Below are positions 1 to 9,728 of a stretch of 64,000 bases of DNA, one piece after another. The translations under genes were made by a program, and so were the position numbers. The DNA comes from an uncultured Acetobacteraceae bacterium. Lineage in GTDB: Bacteria; Acidobacteriota; Terriglobia; Terriglobales; Acidobacteriaceae. Each line of letters opens with the position of its first letter. Position 1 is the first letter of the stretch. The notes below the pieces were generated by a model. It searched no databases, was not told the origin of the DNA, and saw only the letters and a list, made by a program, of their open reading frames with translations. The stretch spans positions 13,790 through 77,789 of the forward strand of contig CAZZYN010000006.1 in NCBI GenBank assembly GCA_964658265.1, in the 5' to 3' direction.

Positions 1-2129
1 CACAGCTGCTAAGCGGGAAGACCAATACGGTCAGTATCACGGGCTATGACTTTACGCCGGCCACGACGATCCTGGTGGGCGGCCAGCCAGTAGCAAGCAC
101 GTACCAGTCACCCGGCGTCATGCTGGCACAGATCCCGGTAGGCCCTGTGGCGCTGAACTCCCTGGCGGTGGTGGCCCAGAATCCGCAACCCGGTGGTGGC
201 TTGAGCGCGGCAGCAACGGCGACGGTATTGCCATTGACGATTCAACTCAGTTCCTACAACCAGAAGGGTCTGACGCCTGCGGCTGTGCCGCTGGGTCAGT
301 CAGTGCAGTATCTTGCCTCGATCGTTGGCTCCGGCAACCCGGCACAAGCCTGGAGCTTTGCGTGGTCGGTTCAGGGAGGCGGGACTATCTCGGCCAGCGG
401 TCTCTACCAGGCTCCAACAGCGATGCCGGCAAATACTGCGGTAGTGATTACTGCGACTCTTTCGACAGATAGTGCTGTCACGGTTCACTCCAGTCTTTCC
501 CTGCTACACCCGTTGCCGGTAGTCAATGATTCGTTGCCGCTCCAGGTAGCAGCGGGCAAGCCGACGATCGTCACTTTCCTGGGCGAGGGCTTTGAGCCCG
601 GCACCCAGCTGTCGTTGAACGGCACGCCGCTGACTGCTGTGTATGTCTCGCCCAACTCGATGACGGCGAGTGTCAGCGTCGCTGCAGATGCTACCGGCAC
701 ACTTTCCATCCGCGCTCAGAACACGGCTCCAGGTGGAGGCCTCAGCAGTCCATTCGCATTGCCGGTTGCAAACACATCGATTGTCACGGCAACGATCGGC
801 GATCAGCCAGGCCTGACGGTACCGGGTGATTTCGTCGGCTTTTCTCATGAGTGGGGGGACGCGCAGGGCTTCCTGGGCTGGTCGGCAGTGGGCACCAACG
901 CCATCTATCGGCAGCTGTTGAGTAACCTCGCCAATCCGGGCTGGCCATTCCTGGTCCGCATTGGCGGCGGATCAACGGACAGTTCAGTAGAACCAGTGGC
1001 CACGACGGTGACAGCATTCGCGGAGCTTGCCAATGCGCTGCCGGTGAAGTTTTCTCTTGGCGTCAATCTAGGTTCGAACAATCTGCAACTAGCGAAAGAC
1101 CAGTCTGCCTTCTTTGCGGCGCAGATGCCTTCCGGCTCTCTCCGCAGTATCGAGTTTGGCAACGAACCGGACATGTACGGGAGCGTGGGCTTTCGCGCCT
1201 CCAGTTACAGTGCGGCCAGCTATGCTGCTGATCTGAACACGTGGAAGGCCGGGATTGTTCCGCTTCTGCCATCCTCCACGCGACTCATGGCACCTTCCTT
1301 CGCCTCGGTCTGGTTCATGCAACAGAATCTTCCGCTGATCGAACAGCAGCAATCTGCAAGCATCGGGATCGTCAGCCAGCACTTTTATGCGCTGCACCAG
1401 AGTGCCACAACCTACATCGCGCCGGACACGTTGTTGCAGGCTTCTGTTTCTACCAGTCATGTCCCAGCTTTAGCTGCCGCAGCTGTCACGGCGCACGGCT
1501 ATCAGCAGTCATTCCGCATCGGAGAGCTGAATTCGGTCGATAATGGCGGTCTGGCCGGGGTCAGCAATACCTTCAGTGCTGCGTTATGGTCGATCGACAC
1601 CATGTTCGAGTATGCGAATGCTGGTATCGATGGAGTGAACTGGCATGGAACCAGTAACTGCAACTACTGTGCTTTCAGCTTTAATGTGCAGACCCTTGCC
1701 GGTAAACGTCTGTATACACTGCAGCAGGTGAACCCGCTTTATTACGGCCTGCTCTTCTTCCACCAGGCTACCGCGAACGGAGCCAGGCTTCTGCCGGTGA
1801 CGCTGGCCGCGAGCCCGAACATCAAGGTATGGGCGACGATCGACCAGGCAGGGACGACCCACGTAGCCATCCTGAACAAGGACGAGTCCTACTCGGGTAC
1901 GATCGCTATCCATCTTCCGGGACATCCCCAGGCATCCGTCTCCCGCCTGGTGGCACCCGGCTACCAGGCTGTGGCCGGTGTTTCAATCGGCGGACAGAGC
2001 TTTGACGGCAGCATGGACGGTAAGCTCATCGGCACCCCGCTGGTTGAGCTTGCAGACCCATCCAACGGAACCTATTCCATTACTATGCAGCCGGTCAGTG
2101 CAGTACTGCTGACAATTCCTGCGCAATAA
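1..2129 (+). CDS. Secreted glycoside hydrolase, GH79-like (beta-glucuronidase/heparanase-like) with N-terminal Ig/IPT-like modules; 5' partial
   Basis: The reading frame is open from nt 3 to the window edge, so the gene starts upstream. N-terminal modules repeat the signature QN(P/T)xPGGGLS. The C-terminal region carries FGNEPD (acid/base) and IGELNS (nucleophile) motifs typical of clan GH-A family 79. Confidence 0.8.
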   Translation, partial: QLLSGKTNTVSITGYDFTPATTILVGGQPVASTYQSPGVMLAQIPVGPVALNSLAVVAQNPQPGGGLSAAATATVLPLTIQLSSYNQKGLTPAAVPLGQSVQYLASIVGSGNPAQAWSFAWSVQGGGTISASGLYQAPTAMPANTAVVITATLSTDSAVTVHSSLSLLHPLPVVNDSLPLQVAAGKPTIVTFLGEGFEPGTQLSLNGTPLTAVYVSPNSMTASVSVAADATGTLSIRAQNTAPGGGLSSPFALPVANTSIVTATIGDQPGLTVPGDFVGFSHEWGDAQGFLGWSAVGTNAIYRQLLSNLANPGWPFLVRIGGGSTDSSVEPVATTVTAFAELANALPVKFSLGVNLGSNNLQLAKDQSAFFAAQMPSGSLRSIEFGNEPDMYGSVGFRASSYSAASYAADLNTWKAGIVPLLPSSTRLMAPSFASVWFMQQNLPLIEQQQSASIGIVSQHFYALHQSATTYIAPDTLLQASVSTSHVPALAAAAVTAHGYQQSFRIGELNSVDNGGLAGVSNTFSAALWSIDTMFEYANAGIDGVNWHGTSNCNYCAFSFNVQTLAGKRLYTLQQVNPLYYGLLFFHQATANGARLLPVTLAASPNIKVWATIDQAGTTHVAILNKDESYSGTIAIHLPGHPQASVSRLVAPGYQAVAGVSIGGQSFDGSMDGKLIGTPLVELADPSNGTYSITMQPVSAVLLTIPAQ

Positions 2130-2151
2130 CTTTAGCTTCTCCCATAACAGG

Positions 2152-2180
2152 AAAGGGGTCCCGGAGGTGGGGACCCCTTT
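2152..2180 (+). terminator. Terminator-like hairpin after the GH79-like gene
   Basis: AAAGGGGTCC (2152-2161) pairs perfectly with GGACCCCTTT (2171-2180) across a 9-nt loop. The downstream U-tract is weak (cccctttg). Confidence 0.5.
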
Positions 2181-2458
2181 CCCCTTTGCAGGCGACGCAG
2201 ATCTCCCGGAAATCGGGGCTGGTGGTGACAGGAGTTATTGCTTCCTAATAATTATCGTTCTTTCGAAGAGTGGCCTAAGAACAGCGACCCAGAGCGACGA
2301 TACGCTTAGCTTAGTTTGCCGCATCAGGCATATTCGTAGAAACTGGAGATGGCTTTTGGTTTATTTACTAGTTACGAATCAGTAACTGCCCTGAGCGCAA
2401 TTTCATATTGCTGCAAAACTTTTTGGCCGTGGCAATTCGGCGAAAGTGTCGCGAGATC

Positions 2459-2471
2459 AAGTCAGTGACTT
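2459..2471. promoter_or_regulatory. Perfect 13-bp palindrome AAGTCAGTGACTT flanked by GATC; candidate operator
   Basis: Seen directly in the AT-richer 510-bp intergenic region, about 200 bp upstream of the DeoR-family gene. The binding protein is unknown. Confidence 0.25.
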
Positions 2472-2672
2472 CAAGATCATTGCTGTTAAAGATTCAAAGC
2501 ATTTTTGTTGGTCGGTGATGCGAAGCTTCTAAGTTTTTTTAGTATTATCCTGCAACAGTCAATAGAGCATTCGCCGATCGTTGTCGCGGTCCGGCCCTCC
2601 CGGTTTGCTCTGGAACGTTAGCCAGCCTGAGGCGGAGGGATCGTGGGAGAGCAAGATCTAACTGGACAGACG

Positions 2673-3434
2673 ATGCTGATTGCAGAGCGCCGTCAACATC
2701 TTCTTGCCCTGGTACAGCGCGAGGGTCGTGTACTGACGGGAGACGTGGCCGCACAGCTTGGCATCTCCCGCATCACGATCCGGAAAGATCTGGAATTTCT
2801 GCAGGACCAGGGCCTGCTGCGCCGGACACATGGCGGTGCTCTTGCGCTGCCGATGAAAGGCTGGTCGGACTTAACGCTGTCGGACCGCGAAAAGATGCAT
2901 GTGCCAGAGAAGCAGCGCATCGCTGCGGCTGCTGTTCAATATGTTTCCGATGGCCAGTCGCTCATTCTTGACTCCGGCAGCACCACGCATGCGGTGGCAA
3001 GGGCCCTGCGGCACCTGGCGCGACTGACAGTAATCACCAACGGCGTGAAGATTGCCGCGGAACTCAGCAGCACTGATTTCGAAGTGATCCTGACGGGCGG
3101 TGCGCTGCATCGGAACTCTTTTTCGCTGGTGGGTCCGCTGGCTGAAGAGGTGCTGCGCAGTATGCGTGCCGATGTGCTGTTCCTGGGGGCCGACGGCCTG
3201 GATGTGGAAATGGGCGTCAGTGCCTGTGACGTTCTCGAGTCACGTGTTGGCCGCGCGATGGTTGATGCGGCAAAGACTGTGATTGTCGTGGTCGACTCCA
3301 GCAAATTCGGCAAGCAGAGTCTTGCATCCGTGCTGCCCCTGTCGGAGATCGACCTGGTCATTACCGACATCGATCTGGACCGGCACTACCTCGAAGTGCT
3401 TCGCAGCGGCGGTTTGACTGTCAACCTGGTTTGA
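2673..3434 (+). CDS. DeoR/GlpR-family transcriptional regulator
   Basis: N-terminal wHTH (ERRQHLLALVQREGRVLTGDVAAQLGISRITIRKDLEFL) plus a C-terminal DeoR sugar-phosphate sensor domain (LDSGSTT, VITNG, FLGADG). The ATG at 2673 is preferred over the GTG at 2643. Confidence 0.85.
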   Translation: MLIAERRQHLLALVQREGRVLTGDVAAQLGISRITIRKDLEFLQDQGLLRRTHGGALALPMKGWSDLTLSDREKMHVPEKQRIAAAAVQYVSDGQSLILDSGSTTHAVARALRHLARLTVITNGVKIAAELSSTDFEVILTGGALHRNSFSLVGPLAEEVLRSMRADVLFLGADGLDVEMGVSACDVLESRVGRAMVDAAKTVIVVVDSSKFGKQSLASVLPLSEIDLVITDIDLDRHYLEVLRSGGLTVNLV

Positions 3435-3485
3435 GCCAGGGTTGTGACTGGCGAGGTTCTGCAGGAGCGGCCCACCAACGTGGCA

Positions 3486-5426
3486 TCAGCGGGCTGGAAG
3501 CAGCTCCATCACTCGTACTTCAAAGGGCCTGAGTGAAATGCGGGTGGGCCGGCCGGCATCTGCAGTAAACGCCTGCATCGATAGTCCGGCCACCACGTGT
3601 CCCTGGAACTGCCTGCCTGCATCCGGAGGCAGCTCGAATGCCGTCCCGGCATCGAGAGAAAAGGTCTGTGCATGATCTGCCGGGTTGCGCAGTACGACGA
3701 TGCCCTTGGCCGGGGACCATGCGGCCCAGCCATACACCGCGAGCTTTGCCGGATCACCGCCAAGCCAGTGTACGTCGCGCAACGTGGCCTGGTTGGCGCG
3801 CGACCAGTTGGCGGCAGTCGCCAGTGTGTCCCAGTCTGCTTTGCCGAGCAGGGACGGCGTGACGTACATCTCCTGCAGCTGGGTGCCGCTGCCGAAGTAG
3901 CTCCAGACTTCGCTGCTGAAGTCGTGGCCGGAATCGGTCTCAAGATGCTCGACCTGCTTTGCCCAGAGAATGCCGTGCAGCATGAGCGAGTTGAGTGGAT
4001 ACAACGGGCCCGCCTGGACGATGTTTTTATACGTGGTCGCATCGCGATAAGTGATCCACTTTTGCCGCCAGGTACCGACACCGGCGAAGTCATTATCTTC
4101 GCCGCCACGCCAGGTCGAATCCGCATAGCGCAGCCAGAAGGGTGAGGGCGTGGTGCCTGTGGTGAGGTTGACGAAGAGGCCGGGCTCTTCCTGCCGCAGG
4201 CGGGTGATGAGGGAGATTGCTGCCTCGAAGTCGCTGTCGAAAACGCTGCCGTTAAAGACGTGATCGGCATTGCCGGTGCCATCAAATTTGAACTGGTTCA
4301 CGCCGTATTTCCGGATCATGTCGAGACAGCGCTGTTCGAAGGCTGCGAAATAGCGCGGCCCTGATAATGCGTAACCGTCATCAATGATTTCGTAGCCTGC
4401 GGATTTGCCGTAGGCGATGCGCTCCTTCTTTTCCTGGGAGTAGCCGCCCCAGGGTGAGAGCCAGACCCCGACGCCGGCTTTGTATTTGGCCGCAGCGGCG
4501 CGAGCGTTGGTGAAGCCGTCCGGAAAGCCGCTGTCAAAGCCCCAGAGGGTGTGGGTATCGTCCCATCCATCGTCAAATAGAAAAGAGCTCAGCTGGACAC
4601 CACGTTTGACGGTCAACTCTTCGCCAAAGGCATGGATACGATCGAGTGCACCTGCTTCGCCAAAGCGTTGTCCGAAGCCGAGGTCGTACCACGAGTTGTA
4701 GTGGAGGAAGGGTGCGTACGGCCTTGGCCGCTCCCGTTCGATGTAGGCCAGGAAGTCGCGCCGCATCTGGCCCGGCGCTGCGACGCCGATGACGGACGAG
4801 TATTGAACACTGGTTCCGGCACGCAGAGGAAGGATGCGCTGGATGGAGGCATGCACCATGCCGTGCTCAACCTGCGCGTGCGAGAGAGGATGCTCGAAAC
4901 CGAAGTAGGCATTGCCTGCAACGATAGGGGATCCGGCCACGGTGCCGATTACCCGCGCGTCGGTGCTGACAAAGTCCAGCAGTGCTACTTCAGAGGCGGG
5001 AACATCCGCGGCGGCTGCCTTGAGGGTCAGGGTCTGGCGAAGGTAGTGGGCGTTCGTCGGCTGCACCAGGCACCAGGTGGCATCGAGGTGGCCAGCGGTT
5101 GCGGCCAGGGCAAAGCAAAGCTGCTTTCCGGCTGAGCGAGCTGTGCCCGCGATCGGGAGGGTTTTTGGAGCACCGTTCAGGACGAAATCGCTTGCCTTCA
5201 GCAGCGAACCATCACGCATCCGGATGGTGAAGGCTTCCGGCAGCTCTGCAACGACTGCGCCGCTACTGCTTTTCAGTACTACGCTGCCCAGGTGCCGCTG
5301 CTTCACTGCCACGGATGCGGTCAGCGTCGAGTTACCAAGCACCTGGCTGGTCTGCGCATCAGTAGGGTTGAGGATCGCGGCGCAGGAGGCCAGGCTCAGC
5401 AAAATCGGCACAATGATTCTTCGCAT
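3486..5426 (-). CDS. Secreted clan GH-D glycosidase, alpha-galactosidase-like (GH27/36-related)
   Basis: Motifs HYNSWYDLGF, FLFDDGWDD and QFKFDGTG resemble the melibiase catalytic core. The start was chosen at MRRIIVPILLSLASCAA (signal peptide, ATG 5426) rather than the ORF-track start at 5519. Confidence 0.7.
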   Translation of the reverse strand: MRRIIVPILLSLASCAAILNPTDAQTSQVLGNSTLTASVAVKQRHLGSVVLKSSSGAVVAELPEAFTIRMRDGSLLKASDFVLNGAPKTLPIAGTARSAGKQLCFALAATAGHLDATWCLVQPTNAHYLRQTLTLKAAAADVPASEVALLDFVSTDARVIGTVAGSPIVAGNAYFGFEHPLSHAQVEHGMVHASIQRILPLRAGTSVQYSSVIGVAAPGQMRRDFLAYIERERPRPYAPFLHYNSWYDLGFGQRFGEAGALDRIHAFGEELTVKRGVQLSSFLFDDGWDDTHTLWGFDSGFPDGFTNARAAAAKYKAGVGVWLSPWGGYSQEKKERIAYGKSAGYEIIDDGYALSGPRYFAAFEQRCLDMIRKYGVNQFKFDGTGNADHVFNGSVFDSDFEAAISLITRLRQEEPGLFVNLTTGTTPSPFWLRYADSTWRGGEDNDFAGVGTWRQKWITYRDATTYKNIVQAGPLYPLNSLMLHGILWAKQVEHLETDSGHDFSSEVWSYFGSGTQLQEMYVTPSLLGKADWDTLATAANWSRANQATLRDVHWLGGDPAKLAVYGWAAWSPAKGIVVLRNPADHAQTFSLDAGTAFELPPDAGRQFQGHVVAGLSMQAFTADAGRPTRISLRPFEVRVMELLPAR

Positions 5427-5603
5427 ACATACCCCGGGCTCGGTGCGGGCTGACGGATCGCTGCCGTGGACGGCAACGTTTGCTGCGCACTTAAAATGAA
5501 GGAGGCCGTGGCAGCTCAACTCTGGTCGACGGCTTCCTGTGCAAGGGTATACCGGCAGGCCATCACTCTCTATTTACGAGCAAGGAAGAAGTACTGAACG
5601 CTT

Positions 5604-6701
5604 ATGACGAAGCCGCTTCCCGAACCAGAGAATACTGCGTCGCCCGCCGACAAGTTTGTATCCATGGTCACTGCGCGGGCCGAGGTTGATCTGCGCCTGA
5701 GCGCATTCGAGCCGAGGGCGATGCTGAGAGCGCCGGAGCATTTACCGTTGCGGCCGCTTGCGGAGGATCCGGCTTTCCGGGCTATCGATGCGCATAATCA
5801 TCTTGATTCGACGGAGCCGCGCGACGTTCTCGCCATTATGGATGCATGCGGGATTGAGCGCACGCTGAACATTACGATGAAGACCGGCGACGCTGCCATC
5901 GCGATCCTGAAAAAATTTCAGGCAGCGGATGGGGATCGATTCGCGACGATGGCCTGGATGGACTGGACCGGGATCGACAGCCCGAGCTTCTGGCCGCAGC
6001 TGACCAGCCAGTTCGAACGCATGGTCGAGGCCGGCGCATGCGGCCTGAAGCTGTGGAAAGACCTGGGCCTGCGGCTTCGCGATCACACGGGAGCGCTGCT
6101 GCATATCGATGACGAGCGGCTTGCGCCGCTGTTTGAGAAAGCTGCCGAGCTGAATGTACCGATCATGTTTCACACGGCGGACCCGGATGCATTCTTCCAG
6201 CCGATTGACCGATTCAACGAGCGCTACGAAGAACTGGCGGCGCATCCGGACTGGGCTTTTCTTGACGCAGAGCTTTCCAAGCCGGAGTTGCTTGCACAGC
6301 GCGACCGAGTCTTTGCACGCCATCCCGGCACGCGCTTTGTCGCGGCGCATCTTGCGGAATCCGGTGAGCAGCTCGACCGCGTTGCGGCGATGCTGGAAGC
6401 TCATCCCAACGTGTGTGTCGACATGAGTGCGCGGGTGGCCGAACTGGGCAGGCAGCCTTATCGTGCGCGTGATCTGTTTGTGCGCTTTGCCGATCGCATT
6501 CTCTTTGGCGCCGACCTGCTGCCGGACATTGATATGTACCGCCAGCACTATCGCTTCTTCGAGACCTACGATGAATACATTGACTACCCGTCACATGCGT
6601 CGCGCCAGGGCCGCTGGCAGGTGTACGGCATTGGACTGCCGCGCGAAGTGCTCATCCCGCTTTACCGCACCAACGCACAGCGCGTCTATGGCTGGAGATG
6701 A
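5604..6701 (+). CDS. Amidohydrolase-2 family metal-dependent TIM-barrel hydrolase
   Basis: IDAHNHLD metal-binding motif near the N-terminus of the barrel, later MFHTADP and VAAHLAE motifs, and a length typical of PF04909-like proteins. Confidence 0.75.
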   Translation: MTKPLPEPENTASPADKFVSMVTARAEVDLRLSAFEPRAMLRAPEHLPLRPLAEDPAFRAIDAHNHLDSTEPRDVLAIMDACGIERTLNITMKTGDAAIAILKKFQAADGDRFATMAWMDWTGIDSPSFWPQLTSQFERMVEAGACGLKLWKDLGLRLRDHTGALLHIDDERLAPLFEKAAELNVPIMFHTADPDAFFQPIDRFNERYEELAAHPDWAFLDAELSKPELLAQRDRVFARHPGTRFVAAHLAESGEQLDRVAAMLEAHPNVCVDMSARVAELGRQPYRARDLFVRFADRILFGADLLPDIDMYRQHYRFFETYDEYIDYPSHASRQGRWQVYGIGLPREVLIPLYRTNAQRVYGWR

Positions 6702-6744
6702 ATTCCCGGGGACACTTTGGGCACGCCCCCAGGGTATCTAGATT

Positions 6745-8085
6745 TTGTATGCGTCTCCGGATAGCATCGCGCATAGTTTCCGGGCTCGTGCACGCGAGGA
6801 TCTAGAACCCATTTTCAAAAAATCTCATGATGGCGGTACTCCCGGCGAAGCAGCGCCTGCATGGCTGGTGCTGCTGCTGACAGCGGTCTTCTGCGGCCTC
6901 TTCGCACGGCTGTGGCATCGGCCGTACGGGCTGGTGTGGCTGGAAGATCTGCCTGTGTATGCCTCGGCCATCCAAGCCTTCCTGCGCGGGGGCGATCCCT
7001 ATGCGGTCAATCACTTTGGTCTGCACTTCGTCTATCCGCCACTGGTGCTGTATCCGGCAGGCTGGTGTGCACGGCTTCTTCCCGTGCATGTAACGCGGCT
7101 GCTATTTGTCGGCATACACCTGGCGGCGGTCCTTGCCTTGCCTTATGTCCTGGCGCGCTGGTACGTTCGCGCACGATGGTGGGGACGCTATCTCCCGCTG
7201 CTGGTGCTGGTTGCCGAACCGGGCTTTGCAGGATTTCGCGCGCTATTCAGTGCAAACATCGCGCCTGCGCTGTACCTTGCGGCGTGGATCGCAGCGCTTC
7301 CCGGGGTGCGGCACAATCGGTGGCGATGGTTTTATGGCGTCGTCATCCTCGCCGCCCTGGTGAAAGTCACATTCCTGGTCCTGCTGCTGCTGCCGCTGCT
7401 CGCCGGCAGACAGCAATGGCTGCGCAGTGTGGCTGCGGGTGCGATAGTCGCCGGGGCAAGTCTTCTGGAACAGCGCTCGCTGCCGGTACTGTTCGCTGGC
7501 TACAAGGCGGCGCTGGTGCAGCAGGTTTCTGTGCAACAGCTTTATGGCTACGGCATTTTCGGTTTTGCTGCACGCCTCGAACATCACGTGCACGGGATTG
7601 TGAGCGCATTCGCTTTCGGCGTGCATGCCGTCGTTGTGCTGCTGATGATCGCGGTGCTCCTGCTTTTGCGGCGCCGGCACCACTTTCAACCGGGACCACT
7701 ATTCACGGGCGAGGCTTCACCGGTCGCCAGCCTCTGGCTCGGCCTGTTGATCATTACGGTCATCCTGGCTAATCCGCGGATCCTGCACTACGACATCTAC
7801 ATCCCACTCTTCGCTGCCTTCGCCATCATCGCGCTTGCATGCGGGCTTGACCGATGGAAGCTGGCTGCGCTGGCCGTAGCGCTGCATCTGCCCTCGTTCC
7901 TGGTCATACTCGGCGTGCGATCCTGGGCTCTGCAGCAGGCGTGGCAACTGGGAGTGGTGCTGTGCGCCTTTGCAGTGGGAGCGTGGACGCTCTGGCGGGT
8001 AGCTCCTTCGCCGACTTCTGCCGAACTTAGAATTGTCGCCGATCGCAGCCGCGAAGAAGCAGCTCTACCCGCAGTCTCGGCCTAG
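6745..8085 (+). CDS. Polytopic membrane protein, DUF2029/GT87-like glycosyltransferase (GT-C fold)
   Basis: About 10 or more hydrophobic helices. The first loop has the DLPVYasAiqaflrGgdPY....FvYPP pattern characteristic of DUF2029/PimE-like enzymes. The TTG start is uncertain. Confidence 0.65.
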   Translation: MYASPDSIAHSFRARAREDLEPIFKKSHDGGTPGEAAPAWLVLLLTAVFCGLFARLWHRPYGLVWLEDLPVYASAIQAFLRGGDPYAVNHFGLHFVYPPLVLYPAGWCARLLPVHVTRLLFVGIHLAAVLALPYVLARWYVRARWWGRYLPLLVLVAEPGFAGFRALFSANIAPALYLAAWIAALPGVRHNRWRWFYGVVILAALVKVTFLVLLLLPLLAGRQQWLRSVAAGAIVAGASLLEQRSLPVLFAGYKAALVQQVSVQQLYGYGIFGFAARLEHHVHGIVSAFAFGVHAVVVLLMIAVLLLLRRRHHFQPGPLFTGEASPVASLWLGLLIITVILANPRILHYDIYIPLFAAFAIIALACGLDRWKLAALAVALHLPSFLVILGVRSWALQQAWQLGVVLCAFAVGAWTLWRVAPSPTSAELRIVADRSREEAALPAVSA

Positions 8086-8160
8086 AGCGCTTGCAGTTTT
8101 TGCACGAACCCTGTCCAATCACTTTCGCCATAGAAATTTCGTGAAGGCGGATTCTACGTG

Positions 8161-9669
8161 ATGCTGTCTGCTCCTGCCCCGGTACTCTCCCGCCGTCCCT
8201 CTGCTGCCATTGCGTTCGCGTCGATGCTCGCGCTGCTTGCCAGCACTGCACTTCCCGCACAAACCAACAGCCTCGCGCCCACGCCCGAAACCAGCATGCA
8301 GCTGCGCAACCTGATTGGCGATACTGTGCTGAATGGGCAGGCCTATGAATATGATCGTCAGCTTGCGGACACCATCGGCCCGAGACTGACGGGCTCTGCC
8401 AATTACATGCGCGCCGCCGAGTGGGCGCAGGAGAAGTTCAAGTCGCTTGGCCTTTCTAACGTGCATACAGAAGACTGGGTAATTCCTGCAACCTGGGAGC
8501 CGGAAGGCGCAGCAGCCGGGCACATCACCAGTCCTGTGAATCACCTGCTGCATATCTATTCCATCGGCTGGAGCCCCTCTACGCCGAAGCAGGGAGTGAG
8601 CGGCCAGGTGGTGTACGTGCCCAGCATTGTGCCTGCTGAGCTCGACAAGCAGAAAGACAAGCTGAAGGGCTCCATCGTGCTGCTGGATGAGGCAAGTTTC
8701 GGCGAGAAGCCGCGCTTCGATCAGATCCTGGTGGCGATCGATCGCATGCGCTCATTCGGCATCACGGCGATTCTCAGCCCGGGCGGCCCGAATGGTACCG
8801 AGACTCTGACTTCGCTGAATTTTTCGGGCACGATCGATCCAACCCCGGAGGCACAAATCGGCCTGGAAGATGCCTCGCTGATCAAGCGGCTGCTCGATCA
8901 TGGTCCGGTGTCGGTCGAGTTCAGCTTCACGAACAAGATTCGCAAGGACGTCAAGGTTCCTAACGTCGTTGCCGAACTGCCGGGCACGGACCTTGCCAGT
9001 GAAGTGGTCATTATCGGCGCACATCTTGACTCGTGGCAGCCCGGTACAGGCGCACAGGATAACGGCACCGGCGTTGCAAGTGTGCTGGAGGCAGCCCGCG
9101 CGATCAAGGCGCTGAATCATCCGCCACGGCGCACTATCCGCTTCGTATTGTTCGGTGGAGAGGAGGAGGGATTGCTGGGCTCGACGGCCTACGCGCGTGC
9201 ACATCTAGCTGAGATTCCGAAGATCGATACCATCCTGATTACAGACACGGGCGCGCAGCCCGCGAAGGGCTGGTACCTGATGGGACGCGATGATGCGAAG
9301 GACGCCGTGGCCTCACTCAAGCCAGTGCTGAGCGGGCTTGGCGCGGATGCGACCAGCTCCGACACCGAGTTTATTTTTGAGACAGACCACGCTGCCATGG
9401 ACGTACTGGGTGTGCCGACACTGGTGTTGTGGAACGATACCGACAAATACTTCACACTGCACCACAAGGCGTCCGACACGTTCGACAGTATTGTGCAGAA
9501 GGACCTGACGCAGGGTGCTGCCGTAACCGCAGTGACAGCCTATGCGATTGCGAACGCGAACGCGCCGCTTGGCAAACACCTGAGCCCGGATGAAGTGCAG
9601 GCCATGCTGAAGAAGGCCGGCAACCTGGAGGAATACGAGTTCCTGAAGAAGGCGAATTCACTGCCGTAG
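8161..9669 (+). CDS. Secreted M28-family aminopeptidase with PA domain
   Basis: Signal peptide, then the zinc-ligand context GAHLDSW...GAQDNGTGVASVLEAARA and FVLFGGEEEGLLGS, which are typical of M28. Confidence 0.85.
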   Translation: MLSAPAPVLSRRPSAAIAFASMLALLASTALPAQTNSLAPTPETSMQLRNLIGDTVLNGQAYEYDRQLADTIGPRLTGSANYMRAAEWAQEKFKSLGLSNVHTEDWVIPATWEPEGAAAGHITSPVNHLLHIYSIGWSPSTPKQGVSGQVVYVPSIVPAELDKQKDKLKGSIVLLDEASFGEKPRFDQILVAIDRMRSFGITAILSPGGPNGTETLTSLNFSGTIDPTPEAQIGLEDASLIKRLLDHGPVSVEFSFTNKIRKDVKVPNVVAELPGTDLASEVVIIGAHLDSWQPGTGAQDNGTGVASVLEAARAIKALNHPPRRTIRFVLFGGEEEGLLGSTAYARAHLAEIPKIDTILITDTGAQPAKGWYLMGRDDAKDAVASLKPVLSGLGADATSSDTEFIFETDHAAMDVLGVPTLVLWNDTDKYFTLHHKASDTFDSIVQKDLTQGAAVTAVTAYAIANANAPLGKHLSPDEVQAMLKKAGNLEEYEFLKKANSLP

Positions 9670-9728
9670 CTTGTGGCTGCGCATGCTATCGAAGCGGCCT
9701 GCGGCATGGCGAGGTGCGGTGGAGTTCG

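Noticed and set aside
2167-2385. 72-aa ORF in the first intergenic region
   Set aside because: It starts with a GTG inside the terminator hairpin of the upstream gene. The sequence is hydrophobic and Arg-rich with no ribosome-binding site, and it lies in AT-rich promoter-like DNA.
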